42,076 nt of DNA from Pelomyxa schiedti (lineage: Eukaryota; Protista; Evosea): the NCBI GenBank assembly GCA_020536535.1, contig JAHLWZ010000251.1:1-42076 (forward strand), read 5' to 3'. Positions 16,076-29,098 of the stretch are shown piece after piece (position 1 is the stretch's first letter; every line of letters starts with the position of its first letter). The translations under genes and the position numbers were made by a program. The notes beneath the pieces were generated by a model. That model was not told the DNA's origin. It saw only the letters and a program-made list of their open reading frames with translations, and did not search any database.

Positions 16076-17174
16076 CTTCCACACTGATGATTACCGGAAA
16101 TACCAACCAAAACAGTTGTGTTGAAGTGAGAGTGGGACTCGCACTTCTTTTCAGAATTTCTGAAATGGTCTTTCCAGCCTCTGAGGAGCATCACATGGCA
16201 AGATCCAACGACCCAAAAAATTAAAAGAGGCAGAGACGGCAAGGATGGATGTGAGGCCAAAGTGGTGTTGCGTGGTGTTGCGTCGTGGTGCGTTGAGTTT
16301 CGTTACATTGCGTCGCGTTGTGTTGCGTTTCATTTTTAGCCTTTGTCATCGATGCGGGTGGGGGGGGACAACTTTGCCATGCACTCACCAAGGCAGAAAG
16401 AAAGCCCGTTACATTTTGTTTGTATTCCTCAACTCAACTTAGGCCGAAGTGGTCTGAAAGGCACCAGGAATAACATTTCACTGCCTCTGCACGGTTCCAG
16501 CCCACCACCCTGCCGGCTTAGCACATGTGTCTTCTTTTCTTTTTTCTTTTCTCAGTTCTGATAACCATAGATGGCCAGGTTAGACACAAAGTAATACTTC
16601 CGCACTGGAACCTAGACCCACCGGAATCAATGTTGAACTTACCTTACACTGTAACAAACTTAGTAATTGAGGTATATTTCACCCCCCTCCACAAGAGCCA
16701 GTTGCCGGCACAAAGGGAATGGCACTTTTCTTCCCCAGTCTCATGTGGATGTAGCGCAGATTTCAGCCCCACTGCTTCACTGCAAAGTGGCACCATCATA
16801 GGTTATTCCCCTATTCCATTTGTGAGTGCCCCTGATTTTGGTTGTAGGCATGTGGCTCCGTACGTTGTGGTTGTTCACTCTTCTGGAGAGCACTGGTGCT
16901 TTGATGTCTGTGTATGATGATGTACTTGGGATAAGTTGGGTAGGCAAAGAGATATTGTGAATGATCCTGAATCTGTCTCCCATCACCCCTCACAGAGGAC
17001 TCGCACCCGAGAACTTTTTAGGAGTGGAAACTTCGAGTGTAGCTGCTAAGTTCTAGACACTTTTTGCTGGAGGCACCTGGAGCTTAGAGCAAGAAACTTC
17101 GCTCTCATCAAAACCCATTCCAAAAGGCCTGAACCAAAAGCAAAAAAAAAAAAACCCAAAAACAACAAAGCAAG

Positions 17175-18041
17175 ATGTTGCGCAAGTGTTTGTCAAAAAG
17201 CAAAAAACACTATGAGAGGTGGAGTTGCTGTTACAACGTGCTGTTTGGTTTGGGATTGTTATGTTTTTGCTTTTTTTGCATTTTTTTTGGGACCTGGGCA
17301 CTGGAGCGTGTGGGTTACTTCCCTCTGGTAGTTGCCAACTGTTCCACCTCCGAAAGCAGTTGCCCCCCTTTTCCATCCTTCCCCACTGTGCACCAACTGC
17401 ACACAGATGTTTTCTATTCTGCCGATGTTAAAAACCCAGACTGCTTCGCACAATGGCGTGTTGACATCACTGCCAATGTAACACATGAGGATGGCACAAC
17501 GGCCATTGTGATGTGAGCACACTAATTATTAGTACATGAATAATGATAGTGAGAACTCATTTGCCACATTACACAGTTTCTATGACAAAGCAGCACTGGC
17601 TGAGGCTGATGCTGGTTCGTGGGTAGATTGTAACCACGCTTGGGATGAGCTCAATGACTGGCCTATCGGTCAGAATTACACCTGTTGGTTCAACCCAGAT
17701 GAAAGTGAGTAGTAGTACCCACTTCCTTTAAAACAAACAAAACAAAACACATCACATGAATAAAAACACACAGAAGAATAATTAACCTTTCAACAACAGT
17801 AAAAACGTACCCAACAATCCCTGAAGTGGCAAAACTCCATGGTATGGAAGCAGATGACTATAATAACTATGCCTGGTTCGACTATTATCCTGGGGAACTG
17901 GATGCCTCTGTTGATTTCTGGACCCTGGGTCTTTCATTACTAGTCTTGCTGGTAGTGGTCATGGCAGTTTTGGTTGCTGTGTTAATCACCCTCTCGGAAA
18001 TAATGCGCCGCTCTGGTACCAGAGTATCTGGATGCTTTTGA
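17175..18041 (+). CDS. Two-transmembrane protein with Cys-containing, N-glycosylated lumenal loop (3 exons)
   Basis: TM1 VLFGLGLLCFCFFCIFFGTWAL; loop with NCS/NVT/NYT sequons and GQNYTCWFNP; TM2 FWTLGLSLLVLLVVVMAVLVAVLITL followed by basic residues. Introns near 17512-17548 and 17705-17800 join in frame. Confidence 0.75.
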
Positions 18042-18245
18042 AAATCAGAATAAAATTGAATTTTTTTTTGGTTTTGCTTGTATCCCTAGTGTTGTTTGCA
18101 CATCGGTGTGAGAATGAGGCCCTCAACCTCAATGCCACCATCAAGTAGCTCTTATGGCATGTCTGAAGGAAGTGAAGGGAGAATTTCATTCCCTACAAAC
18201 CTGAAGGAATTTTCAAGGCCACAGTATTAACTTCGAAAAAAAAAA

Positions 18246-18717
18246 TGCACCAAGCAACAACGCACATACATCCGCGATATCGACGCGGTCTCGGCACCAC
18301 AGGAAACTTTCCAACAAGATTCACCCGACAACTCCTGCCTCACTGCACCATCTGCTGACCAACGCCGACGTATCTACGTGCATTTTTACACTCTATTACC
18401 ACCACCGCCGAAACGTTCCGCATACCATTCCGCGGCAACCTCATGATTTATCGACCGCTACTGACTATTACCCTCACCCGACACCCGCCAGAAACACACT
18501 CTCTGGGGCCTCGCCACACTAATAATTACCAACCAACAGCGATTACACTAACTTGTCATCACGCTCAACAGGAGGGGGAACGTGTGTACTTCCACATAGA
18601 TCCGAATCAACAATCTGGACTTGAACATGGCAGGCAGTTTTGATTACATGCACACTTGTCTGAGAATTCATGTGAACATCGCAGTCTTTTAACCCAATCA
18701 CAAATCAACCACTAACA
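18246..18717 (+). mobile_element. Decayed LTR-retroelement 3' end: RNase H-like tail, PPT and internally deleted LTR
   Basis: Frameshifted PSADQ-ADV (~18348-18378) resembles the copia VPTADQLADI motif. A purine tract AGGAGGGGGAA (18570-18580) precedes TGTGTACTT (18583). The piece ends CTAACA (18717) and matches parts of 31939-32343. Confidence 0.6.
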
Positions 18718-18720
18718 CTA

Positions 18721-19932
18721 TCAACAACTGTCCTTCAAAAAACATAGAAAGAACTGAGGGCGCAGCCACACAGTGAACACACCAATGTGAATGCCACTGA
18801 CACCATCATGTAATGAGAACTGTATTTCTGCGGAACCATCTCTGCTGCTGTGTACCGTTGAAAGAATGAGGCCAGTTATCCTGTCAACAGTTGCCCAAGT
18901 GCACGGAACACAAAGAGAAGGATGTGCAAGGTCACCAGTGTGAAACACCTCAAAGTTGCACACGCTTGTCGGATCTGAACAAAGAGAAAACACATGATTC
19001 TTGCCGAATGGGATGACTTTTTTCTCAGGAAACTGCTGCACCACAAAATTCCCTTTTGATGGGTCCACAATGCTGCACACTGATTGTAATCGCTTCATGC
19101 TTTCCACAATAATGCAAGCAGAGCCATCAGGCATAAAAGTGATCCCTGATGTCTCCGCTGGCCATTTCGTGTGACAGTTAATCTTCGCCCTCGCCACCAG
19201 CTGCTTCTTCTCGAAGCTCTCTTCCAAGTCAGCAAACACCAATACATCATTGCCATTCCTGTGTCCTTCAAGGTACATGACAACATCGTCACCAAGGCCT
19301 GTGAACCGAGGCAATAGTGCACTCTTGAAGTCCTTGCAGCTGACCACCACATCAGACCCAACAGGTGAACCACGCGCCACCCTGTGTATGTAGAGGTATG
19401 CACCGCCGGTTAGGCGCCCAATCATCCACTTCTTCCCACACTGTACATGACTTATGGATTCCCAAGCTTCCATGGAGTCCCCCACCAGCAAGTGGCTCTC
19501 ATCCAAAGCCGCTGTGTCCCTGACGGTGTATTGCATGGTAAAGTAGGTTCCCTTCTTTATCGATTGCACCAGCACCCTGTTGTGGCCAATGCACCCACAC
19601 ATCACATCATCGATACCACACATGAACTGAGAGTGACACAAAACACCAAGTGTCAGTGACACACTCACGTGAAAAAAATTCTGGCCGGCACCAGAATACC
19701 CCATAAGTGGGAGCCTGAACACGGCGTCCCACAATGGGGAGAGGACCCAGTCGTCGGCCCACTGCCTCACCAACGCCGGCGACCGCGCCCACTCCCTCAT
19801 CGACGGGCAAGGTACGGAACCGACATCGCCTTGCCCGTCGCTGTTGTTTTGATGATTGACGTGACGGCGTCCCACAATTGCTGCGCAGCACACCGCCACC
19901 ACTTGCGACTTGGCTGTGGATATGATCGACAT
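18721..19932 (-). CDS. Intronless ~400-aa protein of an expanded lineage-specific family (copy 1)
   Basis: Uninterrupted ORF with AKSQVVAV…, MREWARSPALVRQWADDWVL and CGKKWMI. Tandem paralog of 20040-21200. Confidence 0.85.
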   Translation of the reverse strand: MSIISTAKSQVVAVCCAAIVGRRHVNHQNNSDGQGDVGSVPCPSMREWARSPALVRQWADDWVLSPLWDAVFRLPLMGYSGAGQNFFHVSVSLTLGVLCHSQFMCGIDDVMCGCIGHNRVLVQSIKKGTYFTMQYTVRDTAALDESHLLVGDSMEAWESISHVQCGKKWMIGRLTGGAYLYIHRVARGSPVGSDVVVSCKDFKSALLPRFTGLGDDVVMYLEGHRNGNDVLVFADLEESFEKKQLVARAKINCHTKWPAETSGITFMPDGSACIIVESMKRLQSVCSIVDPSKGNFVVQQFPEKKVIPFGKNHVFSLCSDPTSVCNFEVFHTGDLAHPSLCVPCTWATVDRITGLILSTVHSSRDGSAEIQFSLHDGVSGIHIGVFTVWLRPQFFLCFLKDSC

Positions 19933-20039
19933 CACGTGGTGCGAACTGCAGATTTTCGCCTCGTTGGTACTGATTGCAGTGAAGCCTTGTACGCTCGTAA
20001 TGGCGACTTTTCTTTAAATTCAGAGGTAAAGGTGTGAAT

Positions 20040-21200
20040 TCAAAAAGATTCTTCAAATCTGAACTGAGGGTGCAGTGGTACCGTGAACACACCAATGTGA
20101 ATGCCACTGACACCATCATGTAATGAGAACTCAATTTCTGTGGACACCTCTCTGCTGTTGTGATGCACAGTTGAAAGAATGAGGCCAGTTATCCTGTCAA
20201 CAGTTGCCCAAGTGCACGGAACACAAAGAGAAGGATGTGCAAGGTCACCAGTGTGAAACACCTCAAAGGTGGACATCTCTGACTGCTTTGAACAGAGACA
20301 AAACACATTATTCTTCCTGAATGGGAGCACTGCTTCTTTATGAGGAAACTGCTGGACTATGACATTCCCTTTTGATGGGTCCACAAGTGTGCTCACTAGT
20401 TGTGCATCTTCCAACAAAATGCAAGCAGAACCATCAGGCATCCATGTGATATCTGATGTTACCACTGGCCATTTCGTCCCACAGCTAATCTTCGCCATCA
20501 CAACCAGCTGCTTCTTCTCGAAAATTTCAACCAAGTCAGCAAACACCACAACATCATAACCATGCTCGTCTCTTTCAAGGAACATGATAACATCATCACC
20601 AAGAGGTGTGAACTGAAATTGACTCTGGATATCTCTGCACCTCACAACCACCTCAGCCCCAACAGGTGAACCACACACCACCCTGAGTATGTGGATGGAC
20701 GTGGAACCATCGCCTCCCAGTATCCACTTCTTCCCGCATTTCACAATCCAGATAAATCTCCAAGCTTCCAAGGAGGCCTCAGGCAAGTAGGTATCGTTCC
20801 AAGCTGCTGGGTCCCTGATGGCGTATTCCATCGAAAGTGAAACCTTATTGGCTGTTTGCACCAGCACCCTGTTGTCACGAATGCACCCACACACCTTTTC
20901 ACTGCTATCACACGCGAACCAAGAGTGGCACAGCACTCCCAGTGTCAGTGACACACTCACGTGGAACAAATACTGCCCGCCACCAGACTCCCTGGCTTGA
21001 GGAACAAGTGGCAGCACGAACACGGCGTCCCACAATGGGGGGAGGACCCAGTCGTCGGCCCACTGCCTCACCAGCGCCGGCGACCGCGCCCACTCCCTCA
21101 TCGACGGACAAGGTGCAGTTATTGGTACGGCACGGCGCGCCACAATTGCAACACAGCACACCGCCAGCACCTGTGACTGGGCTGTAGTTCTGGTAGACAT
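20040..21200 (-). CDS. Intronless ~390-aa protein of the same family (copy 2)
   Basis: Uninterrupted ORF. Shares blocks of near identity with copy 1 (…FEVFHTGDLAHPSLCVPCTWATVDRITGLILSTVH…). Confidence 0.85.
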   Translation of the reverse strand: MSTRTTAQSQVLAVCCVAIVARRAVPITAPCPSMREWARSPALVRQWADDWVLPPLWDAVFVLPLVPQARESGGGQYLFHVSVSLTLGVLCHSWFACDSSEKVCGCIRDNRVLVQTANKVSLSMEYAIRDPAAWNDTYLPEASLEAWRFIWIVKCGKKWILGGDGSTSIHILRVVCGSPVGAEVVVRCRDIQSQFQFTPLGDDVIMFLERDEHGYDVVVFADLVEIFEKKQLVVMAKISCGTKWPVVTSDITWMPDGSACILLEDAQLVSTLVDPSKGNVIVQQFPHKEAVLPFRKNNVFCLCSKQSEMSTFEVFHTGDLAHPSLCVPCTWATVDRITGLILSTVHHNSREVSTEIEFSLHDGVSGIHIGVFTVPLHPQFRFEESF

Positions 21201-21607
21201 CACGCATGTGGCAAAACGCGGGATTGGATAGAAAAGGGAGTAGAAGGCTTGTTAGCCATTTTTTGTTGGCGTCAATTTTCTGGAATCAAAACCAACAACC
21301 AACTGGATGTATGTCACTGCTTGTATTTGGCCTCTTTCTTGGGCGTGTGCTACTTACCACGGCGAAATCACACCAAGCTGTCAGGGACTCCTTGATGATT
21401 TCGTGGAAATGACTGTGGCCTGGTTTGTACTTTGGCGTTGCATAAAAAAAGGGTGATTCGGTGACAGTCCCTCGAAAAAAACCCATGATCAACGATCACC
21501 AGATCCCCAATTACGAAGAAAAAGGGAAAAAAAGAGAGCGTGGCGATAGTGTACCGGTAGCAGTAGCTTAACCAGTAAGTAAGGCGAGCGTGATCCCATA
21601 ATCATCA

Positions 21608-22895
21608 ATGAGCTTCGACGACATTGCGAACGGGGGCGCAGGGGCGGCGCGCCCTTTGGGATCCCGAAACGGCGCGCCGGCGGGATTGTCGGTTGGAATA
21701 GTCGTCGGTGGTGATAGTACTACGAGGGCTTCATCGTCAACGTCGTCGTCGTATGTCGCTGGTGGGAATGGAGCCGGGGGACCTTCGTTGTTGGTGTCGG
21801 AATTGAACAGGCTGCAAGCAATGGTGTGAATTATGGGTCTATTTTTTTTTGTGTGTGTTTTGTGTAATTGCTTAATTTGTTGATTGTTGAGGTTGCTTGG
21901 TGTGTGTTTGTGTGTCAATGAATTGGGGCTAATCTGTCAGTAGATAGACAATATTAACCAATCGGAAGGAAGAATCCGCGACTTGATTGAGTCAATGGGA
22001 ACCAATAGAGACTCAAAAGAAAACCGGGCTAAATTGTGAGCATCTGCTACCCCCTTATTATTCAGCTGGCAAAGTTCCCACAATTTGTACTCTTCTTAGA
22101 TTTGCACAACTTTCACAATGCGAAGTTCAGTGCAGAGATGCGTCCAATTTGTTCAAGTCTGTATTAGTAATACCCACTGCTCCTTCAGAGAAAGAGGTAA
22201 TATTAGCAATTAGTATATATTTTTGGATTTCGATTTATTAAACTGATTCAGGTCAGGGCCAGAAGGGACAGGCTCCGTTCTGATCTCATGAGGTTCACTC
22301 AGGTTTTGGGAGAACTGGGCACACAGGCCAAATCCAAGGCATCTCAGCCGATCCCATTAAAGCACAGTCTTGCAAGGTACACCGGTTAATTGTTAAAACA
22401 AGTTATAACTTCCTCTCAGAGATGAAGAAGAGGCAGAAAGGACTCCACTTCTTGATGCGCAAAGGTTGAGAAACCGCGCAGAGTCTCGGACTTAACATAC
22501 ATACTATTAGGAATGAGATAGAACAAGTTGGAAACGAACTTGATTACAATGACCTACTTATACAAGACCGCGATAGAGCAATTCAGGACCTGGAGACTTC
22601 CGTTGTGGCAGTCAATGAAATCTTCCACGATTTAGCGAGGCTTGTTGACGACCAACAGACACTTGTTAGTGTGTAGCTCCAAAAAAACCTAACACAAAAA
22701 CCTCATTTTTATCAAGATGCTGTTGAGACCAATATTGTTGGAGCGGATGATTCCGTTGATAAGGGAGTTAAAGACCTAGAGAAGGCCAACACCTATGTGA
22801 AAAAATCGAGGAGCAAGCTTTGTATTATCATGGTTATAGCCCTCGTCATTGTATTAGTTATCGGCCTTGCCATAACACTGTCCATAGTTCTATAA
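21608..22895 (+). CDS. Syntaxin-7/12 (Pep12/Vam3)-like endosomal Qa-SNARE
   Basis: Spliced Habc region (IESMGTNRDSKENRAKL), RTPLL linker, SNARE motif DRDRAIQDLETSVVAVNEIFHDLARLVDDQQTLVDAVETNI…GVKDLEKANTY, and a C-terminal TM CIIMVIALVIVLVIGLAITLSIVL*. Confidence 0.88.
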
Positions 22896-23019
22896 CAATA
22901 AAATATGTTTCAATTTCGAAAAACAAAATTTCTCTTAGCCAAACTTTACAAAAAATAACAAAAAACTCACAAAATAATAACAAACATAGTCCTCAAATTG
23001 AGGAGCCGCCTCGCAGCTG

Positions 23020-24057
23020 TCAACACATCCAACCGCTTTGCGCGGGCAAGTATGATGACTGCTGACTGAAAGGTAATGGAGGTTGGTACTGAGGCCACAT
23101 ACATTCTGACTTTGTGGTTGCTGTAGAGTTCATGTTGAATGTGGAAATACAATCCCGCTGGTGGTAGTCATTGTAGTTTATGTTTGTAGCCTGTTGTCTG
23201 AAGCCGGTATACTGTTGTTGCTGATACTGCTGTTGATTTTGCAAATCCCGGTGTATTTGGGGGCATTGATTTTGAAGCAGAAGTTGTAGAAAGAGAATTT
23301 CCAATTGCTGTTGTTCCTGTAGTTCCATTTGATACCGGGCTAATTCCGCGGCTTCAAGAAGCTGCTGAATACAGTGTTGTTGCTGTTGTTGACTGGCTGC
23401 AGCCGTAGGTATCACAGAGAGGGCAAAAGAGTCCAGCTTCTGTGAAAACTCAACAAATTGCTCCGGTTCAACCCAGATATCAAAGCTGATGACCCGCAGA
23501 AATGCAACCTCGAGAGCTCTTAGTTCTTGAACACTGACTCCTCCAACAGCAGCAAATTTCATGTGATGCTGGAATTCATCAAGCAGGAACCTTGATTTAT
23601 TTGAGTGAGTTGCATTCGGAAAGATAATATGATATTATTATACAAGAGTAGGATGAAATGGGAGCGTACTTGGTCGCTACGAGAATTGAAACCAAGATAA
23701 CTCGGTGAACATTGGTGTGTGTTATGAGTAGTCCATTGTTAATTGCCCGCTGTGCCAAAATGCAGGCCATTAAGCAACAACTCGGCGGAACAGATAGGAA
23801 TTCATTGAACCTGATACCGATGTTAAACATTCGTATCAGGCCGGGTACAGGGATAGTGGGAATTACCTTGAAACATAATCCAGAAGGTTGATGTCACTAG
23901 GAACAGCCGAAGAGAACAACAGTGGTAGTGATGCATCCACCCAATTGCGCGAGGATGAACAGGAACTTATGTTGGAACCAACACCACTTGTGTTGCTATC
24001 AACTTGTACAGCAAAGAACAAGGCAACAGCCACATTGGCACGTTCCAATGGTAACAT
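23020..24057 (-). CDS. PHO80/cyclin-U (P-type)-like cyclin with Gln-rich tail
   Basis: Spliced PSDINLLDYVSRF…NVHRVILVSILVATK…FAAVGGVSVQELRALEVAFLRVISFDIWV matches the PHO80/CYCU box pattern. Confidence 0.85.
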
Positions 24058-24703
24058 TGTTCTTTATGAATCGTGTTTGTTTAGTTCTTTTTGTTGCTGT
24101 TCTGTTGTACTGGTTTTTTTTTGTTACACTAGTCAAAGAGTGTTTTTCTGGGTTTTGTTTATATTTTTCCTTGGATTTGCGTTGATTCGGCTTTTTCGCT
24201 TTCGACTTTTTCCCGTGCTCTTTGAAGTAATGCAAGCAGGGCGTAATGTCACCCGAAGAGGCACATGTGCGTGAAGTTTGTTTCTCAAAACCGAAGAGCA
24301 ACGCGGTAACCTGCCTGTATTGGGAAAGTTCCACGGTGCAAAGGTTCCGCCCAAACCAAAAAGGAAGGCACGACTGATCTTTGATTTCCGTCATCGTCAG
24401 CCGGTTCGCCAAACGTAAAAACCGCAGGGAAGTGGCTTCGTGGTACTTTCGTTCCAGGAGTGGAACTCAGAAGAGTGTTGCTGAATGTGCTATTGGCACT
24501 TCTTCCATATTCCCCCACTGAACCCTGGTTCTCTGCCTGTGATCAGGCAAGGGAATCTGGTGCGCCAGAGGTAAATTTTTGTTTATCAGTCAGAGACTGG
24601 GGGATTAACTCAATACAAATGCAGATTGACATCCATCAAACCAATTTTCGTGTTGCAGCTCTTTCTTTGAAAAGTGACAACGGGATAACAACTAAAACAA
24701 ACG

Positions 24704-27700
24704 ATGAGGACCAACGACGATGGTGGGATCTCCGGTGCGAGATCTGCGACAAACACGACGAACGCGATTACCACAAACACCGCAACACCTACTACTACGT
24801 CACTCCCACTCCCGCTTCTTCCGGCGCTCGTTGTTCCGGCGCCGAATACTTCCCCGCACCGTCAAAACACTACGTCTGCGTTTTTCGGCACTCAGCAGGC
24901 GCAACAACAAGCCGCCGCGTCGCCAACGACACGCGCCACATCACCGAATTCTAGTGCCAGTGGTACTTATTCAAGTACCGATACTGGTGGCATTGGCGGT
25001 GGTGGCGCGACACCGCCGTCGCTGAAGAGGGTTTTGAAACGCGCTGAGAGCTTCTCTTTGGGGCAGAGCCTGCTGTCACCCTTGAGGAACTCGTTTTCTA
25101 CCAACGCAAGCACACTCTCAATGCTGTTGCTGCCCAAGTCTACTGCTACAACTCTGGGATCCTCTTCCTCCAGTCTTGCTTCTACTATTTCCCCCCGTAT
25201 CGTCACATCTACTTCTGCTGGTGACTGTGGAATACCTTCCCTTTTGGCTTCATTACCAACCCCTCCTGCCACTTTGCCTTCTACAGTTTTGCCACGTAGG
25301 TCTCTTGGTGCATCCAACTTTCCTGCAAACAGAGTACCTTCTCCCTCGCCTTCCCCTTCTGTATCTCTGTCTTCACTGAGCCTCTCTTCATCTTTGAATT
25401 TGTCATCGTCCATGACATCACTTCCAACCACGCGGGGGTGCTTCAACGAGCACCACGCGTCAACGATTTGTGATTTGCTGGACGACTATCTGGCTCAGGT
25501 TGACAATTTAATTGCTACCCCAACCGTAAGACGTCACAAGCCCGAATGCGAACGCAGGGACAGATCAAGGTCAAACAGTAATTGTTCCCTGGACGGAAAC
25601 GATGACACTGCCAGCACTCTCAACACAGCTCCCATTGAAGGATCTTGTGAATGTGTTGATGAAGTCACAAGCAAAGAAGTGATGGAGATGCTTCGACGCC
25701 TTGCTGAAGACTGCAGACAAAGTTTGTGGCATGGTCACTCTATTCCTGCTTCAGCACATAGTGCTGTCCTTTACAACACTATGGGAAAATTGACGGACTT
25801 GAGTGAAGACTGCCGACTTATGGCTGTTAAACTAATGTACTTAGTTTTGATCATCTCTCAGGTACAGGAAGAAGGACACCCAAAGGTATTTTCTTACTTT
25901 ATTATTTTCAACAAATAATTCACCTGCAAGCAAAATGATCCTAGACCTGTTTCTGAGTATTTTGATAGAAACAAGCTTTCAGAGGCGCTAGGTCCCCCAA
26001 AGAAGGCAGAGTCTCCCCTTCCTATTATTTAGTTATTGATTGTCCCAGGAAGTCAACTCTGGATTGGGAAGTCCAAAGTCTTCTCCAAAACTACCTGCCC
26101 GACCGGCACCACCGTCACCTCCATCACCACAGTCCCCATCTTCATCCCCTCCATTTCAACCCGCCACTGACCCGTCAAAAAAGAACAAATACCCGGTATA
26201 CATTTTTTTTCTTTGTGGCACTAACACATTTAGCTAGTTCCAAATTTACAACTGCCCCCTGGTACTAGCATGTCTCCACCTCTGGGTGGCTCATCACTTG
26301 TATTGCCCCTCCGTCTTACTCTTAGAGCTAATTTTAGCAGGGATCATCAGAAGAATCCAAAGCAGAAAAGACCTTGCTTTGTCGAATTTGTGAGCAGATG
26401 ATCCCAGTAAAAGTGATGCAGATGCATAGCGTGTGAGTCTCATGCAATATCATGTGCTGTGTAAAAATTAGTATAGATTCTGTGCTATTATTAACCAAGG
26501 TGATATGAAAGCTTTATCAATTGACGAAAAGTTCGCCCAAGTTCGTACTTCCATTTATTCGACCTCTGCTTAGAGTACTTTGATTAGGTTTATGATGCCC
26601 TGAATACCAAAATCGACGAATTGTCACCAGATGAAGTGAATCAAAGAACTCACATTACTACAGTCAGAGACATTGTCCAAAAGTGACACCCATTCTTTCA
26701 AAACACCGATTTAATGATGGGCCAGGGCAATTGAATCTACGGAATTATCCATGCTTTTGCAAGCTGAAGTGCAGTTAAACAGAGTGCTGTCCGATTCCAG
26801 CAGGTACATGAAGTACCTCCCACGAGACGCAATAAGACTGATACACCACCTAGTAAGTATCTACTGTATTACATTGCTTCTTATGTCCCTCCCATAACCA
26901 GATACTCAAGAAGAAGAGTATACTCGAGTCATGTGAACAATATGCACAACTCACTCAAACTCTTTCGTCCAATGCCTTTTCAGTGGAGTCACCAAGGATG
27001 TTGCACACTGCAAGAGGCTTTACAAGATCACGCTCCAATTCTTATACAATGCCTGTACAGTCCATACCGTTATTTTCCATCTAATCCCAGGCAGCCGCGC
27101 CTTTCCATTACTGATTTTGAGGTGGTCAAACCACTGACCAAAGGAGCATATGGAAAAGTGTTTCTTGTTCGAAAGCGTACAACTAGCGATATTTATTGTG
27201 TGAAAGTAGAGTTTTACGTTATAGTTATTGCTCTTACCTCGTTATTCCAGGTTCTGAATAGGTCCGAAGCTGCAAACAAAAATCCTGCAAATTTGCATAT
27301 AGAGAGAGATATTTTAAAAAAGACAGGAAATCCTTTTGTATTCCCACCCAAAAAATAACAATTCCTAACTTCTCTTCGCAAGGTCGCCAAACTGTATTAT
27401 TCGTTTTCATCCAAGGTTTCTTTGTTTTTTCCTCGTAACTCTACTGAAGAAATCACAGCAACATGTATATTTTGTGATGGAGTACTATCCTGGAGGTGAT
27501 TTATTTTCTCTTTTACAAGAGTTTAATCACTTTGATGAGGATATGGCAAGGTATCTTTCATTCTTACAAATAAGGGTTTCTAATTTATTTTTATAGAATG
27601 TATATAGCGGAAATAGGTAATCACATGTAAACCTCTTATTTTCTTCCTGATTGCACTTTAGTTCTCTCCCTCAAGTACCTTCATAAAGAGGGCATTATCC

Positions 27701-28855
27701 ACAGGTAGATTCCACCGTTGTAACTAGTGTTGAAATAATTTTCCAAGAGACCTAAAACCGGACAATGTTCTTATCGACAATAATGGACACATCAAATTAA
27801 CAGGTATTGTACAACTTTAACTTTGTCTATGAATTTGATAATACTCAGATTTCGGATTATCGCAAAATGGTCTTCAAAAAAGTATGTTTGAAATTAAAAA
27901 AAAAATTAATCTCACGATCTTAACTCGCAGAGCAATCATTAAAGCTTGCCCTTGGCTGTATGCAACTAGTGGAGGCAGAACCAAGTGCCCCTGGCACTCC
28001 TGGTATTATGGAGATTATGTTTTCCGTGAGTAATAGTTGCTCTCAGATTATCTTGCTCCGGAAGTTCTTCTTGGAATGAAACACGGTTCCTTTTCTTTTC
28101 AATATCAATGACTTTCTAATGATTACAGGACCCGAAGTTGACTTCTGGTTCTTTTCTTTTCCTTTTCTTTTTCCCATGACAGAGGTCCCAGGGCACTTGG
28201 CGTAATTTTATATGAGTTTCTCACTGGTATCCCTCCCTTTTCTGGTGAATCAGTAAAAGAAGTTTTCGAGAATATACTCACCAAAAGTTGCTTTCTATCC
28301 CAGTTTCTTAGAAATCCCTAATTCCACACAGGGCCAAAGTACGATGGTGTAAACATTTCTCCCATTGCCAGAAATTTGATTGACAGGCTGCTGTGTGTAA
28401 AGCCACAGGAGAGACTTGGTGCCAAAGGTAATTCCTCTCAATTTTCATATTTACTTACTTGGTTGTTAAAGGCATCCACGAAATCAAACAACACCCATTT
28501 TTCGAGGGAATTGATTGGAGAACTCTATTGCTACAGAAACCTCCCTTCGTACCAAGCGAGTCTCTCACAGAAGACGCGGACACAACGTTCTTCACCGGTT
28601 TCTTTCTCTTCAACCCCCATTTCCCCGCTCTTTCACCGGGTGAACCTAACAACATCCGCAGCCCGGCAGCAATACTACGCACTGGAGGAACCTCTCGTTG
28701 CCATGGAAAGCCCGCCGGAGTCACCCACTATAGCGCCGCACGCACCGCCGCCATCACCACAGGAGAGGGACCCCTTCTTCTTTGTCAACGTGGAGCAACT
28801 GGCCGCCAAAACCCGAGAGCTAGCAGGTAGCAAGAAAGCACCACTGTTGTACTGA
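24704..28855 (+). CDS. IRE/MAST/Greatwall/Rim15-type AGC Ser/Thr kinase (many introns)
   Basis: S/T-rich N-terminus and a CRICEQ…H zinc-finger-like motif. Kinase core: [73 protein letters not shown] tail HPFFEGIDW…PPFVP and terminal FVNVEQLA. Confidence 0.9.
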
Positions 28856-29018
28856 TACACAGCACACACCCACAGTAAGGGGAAAAAAAAGTTCTGTTTG
28901 GGCTCGGAATCACTTGTACCCGAAACAAGTGTTCTGCCAAACTAAACAACAGAGCCTCCCAGAGACCAAAGTGGTTTTTTTCTTGTTGCCAGCTGCTTCC
29001 TGAAGATTTTTTCTGCCT

Positions 29019-29098
29019 GGCGCTGTTAACTCAGAGCAGAAAATATCTTCAAGAATCTTCGGATCCAAGGGTCGCAGGTTCGATCCCCCTGAGTATCC
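29019..29098 (+). pseudogene. Decayed tRNA-like sequence (possible Arg-TCG pseudogene)
   Basis: GGCGCTG start, A-box-like TAACTCAG, CTTCGGA anticodon-like loop, B-box GGTTCGATCC, followed by TTTTT. Acceptor, anticodon and T stems pair poorly. Confidence 0.45.

Noticed and set aside
15508-16106. Overlapping ORFs opposite or out of frame with real genes (also near 19669, 24967, 29625, 40342)
   Set aside because: Shadow ORFs expected in GC-rich or low-complexity coding sequence; no motifs.
16100-17000. Possible spliced gene between the ankyrin-like gene and the two-TM gene
   Set aside because: Splice-like signals occur on both strands and no consistent protein could be assembled. Includes a 5-nt-period degenerate microsatellite at ~16260-16330.
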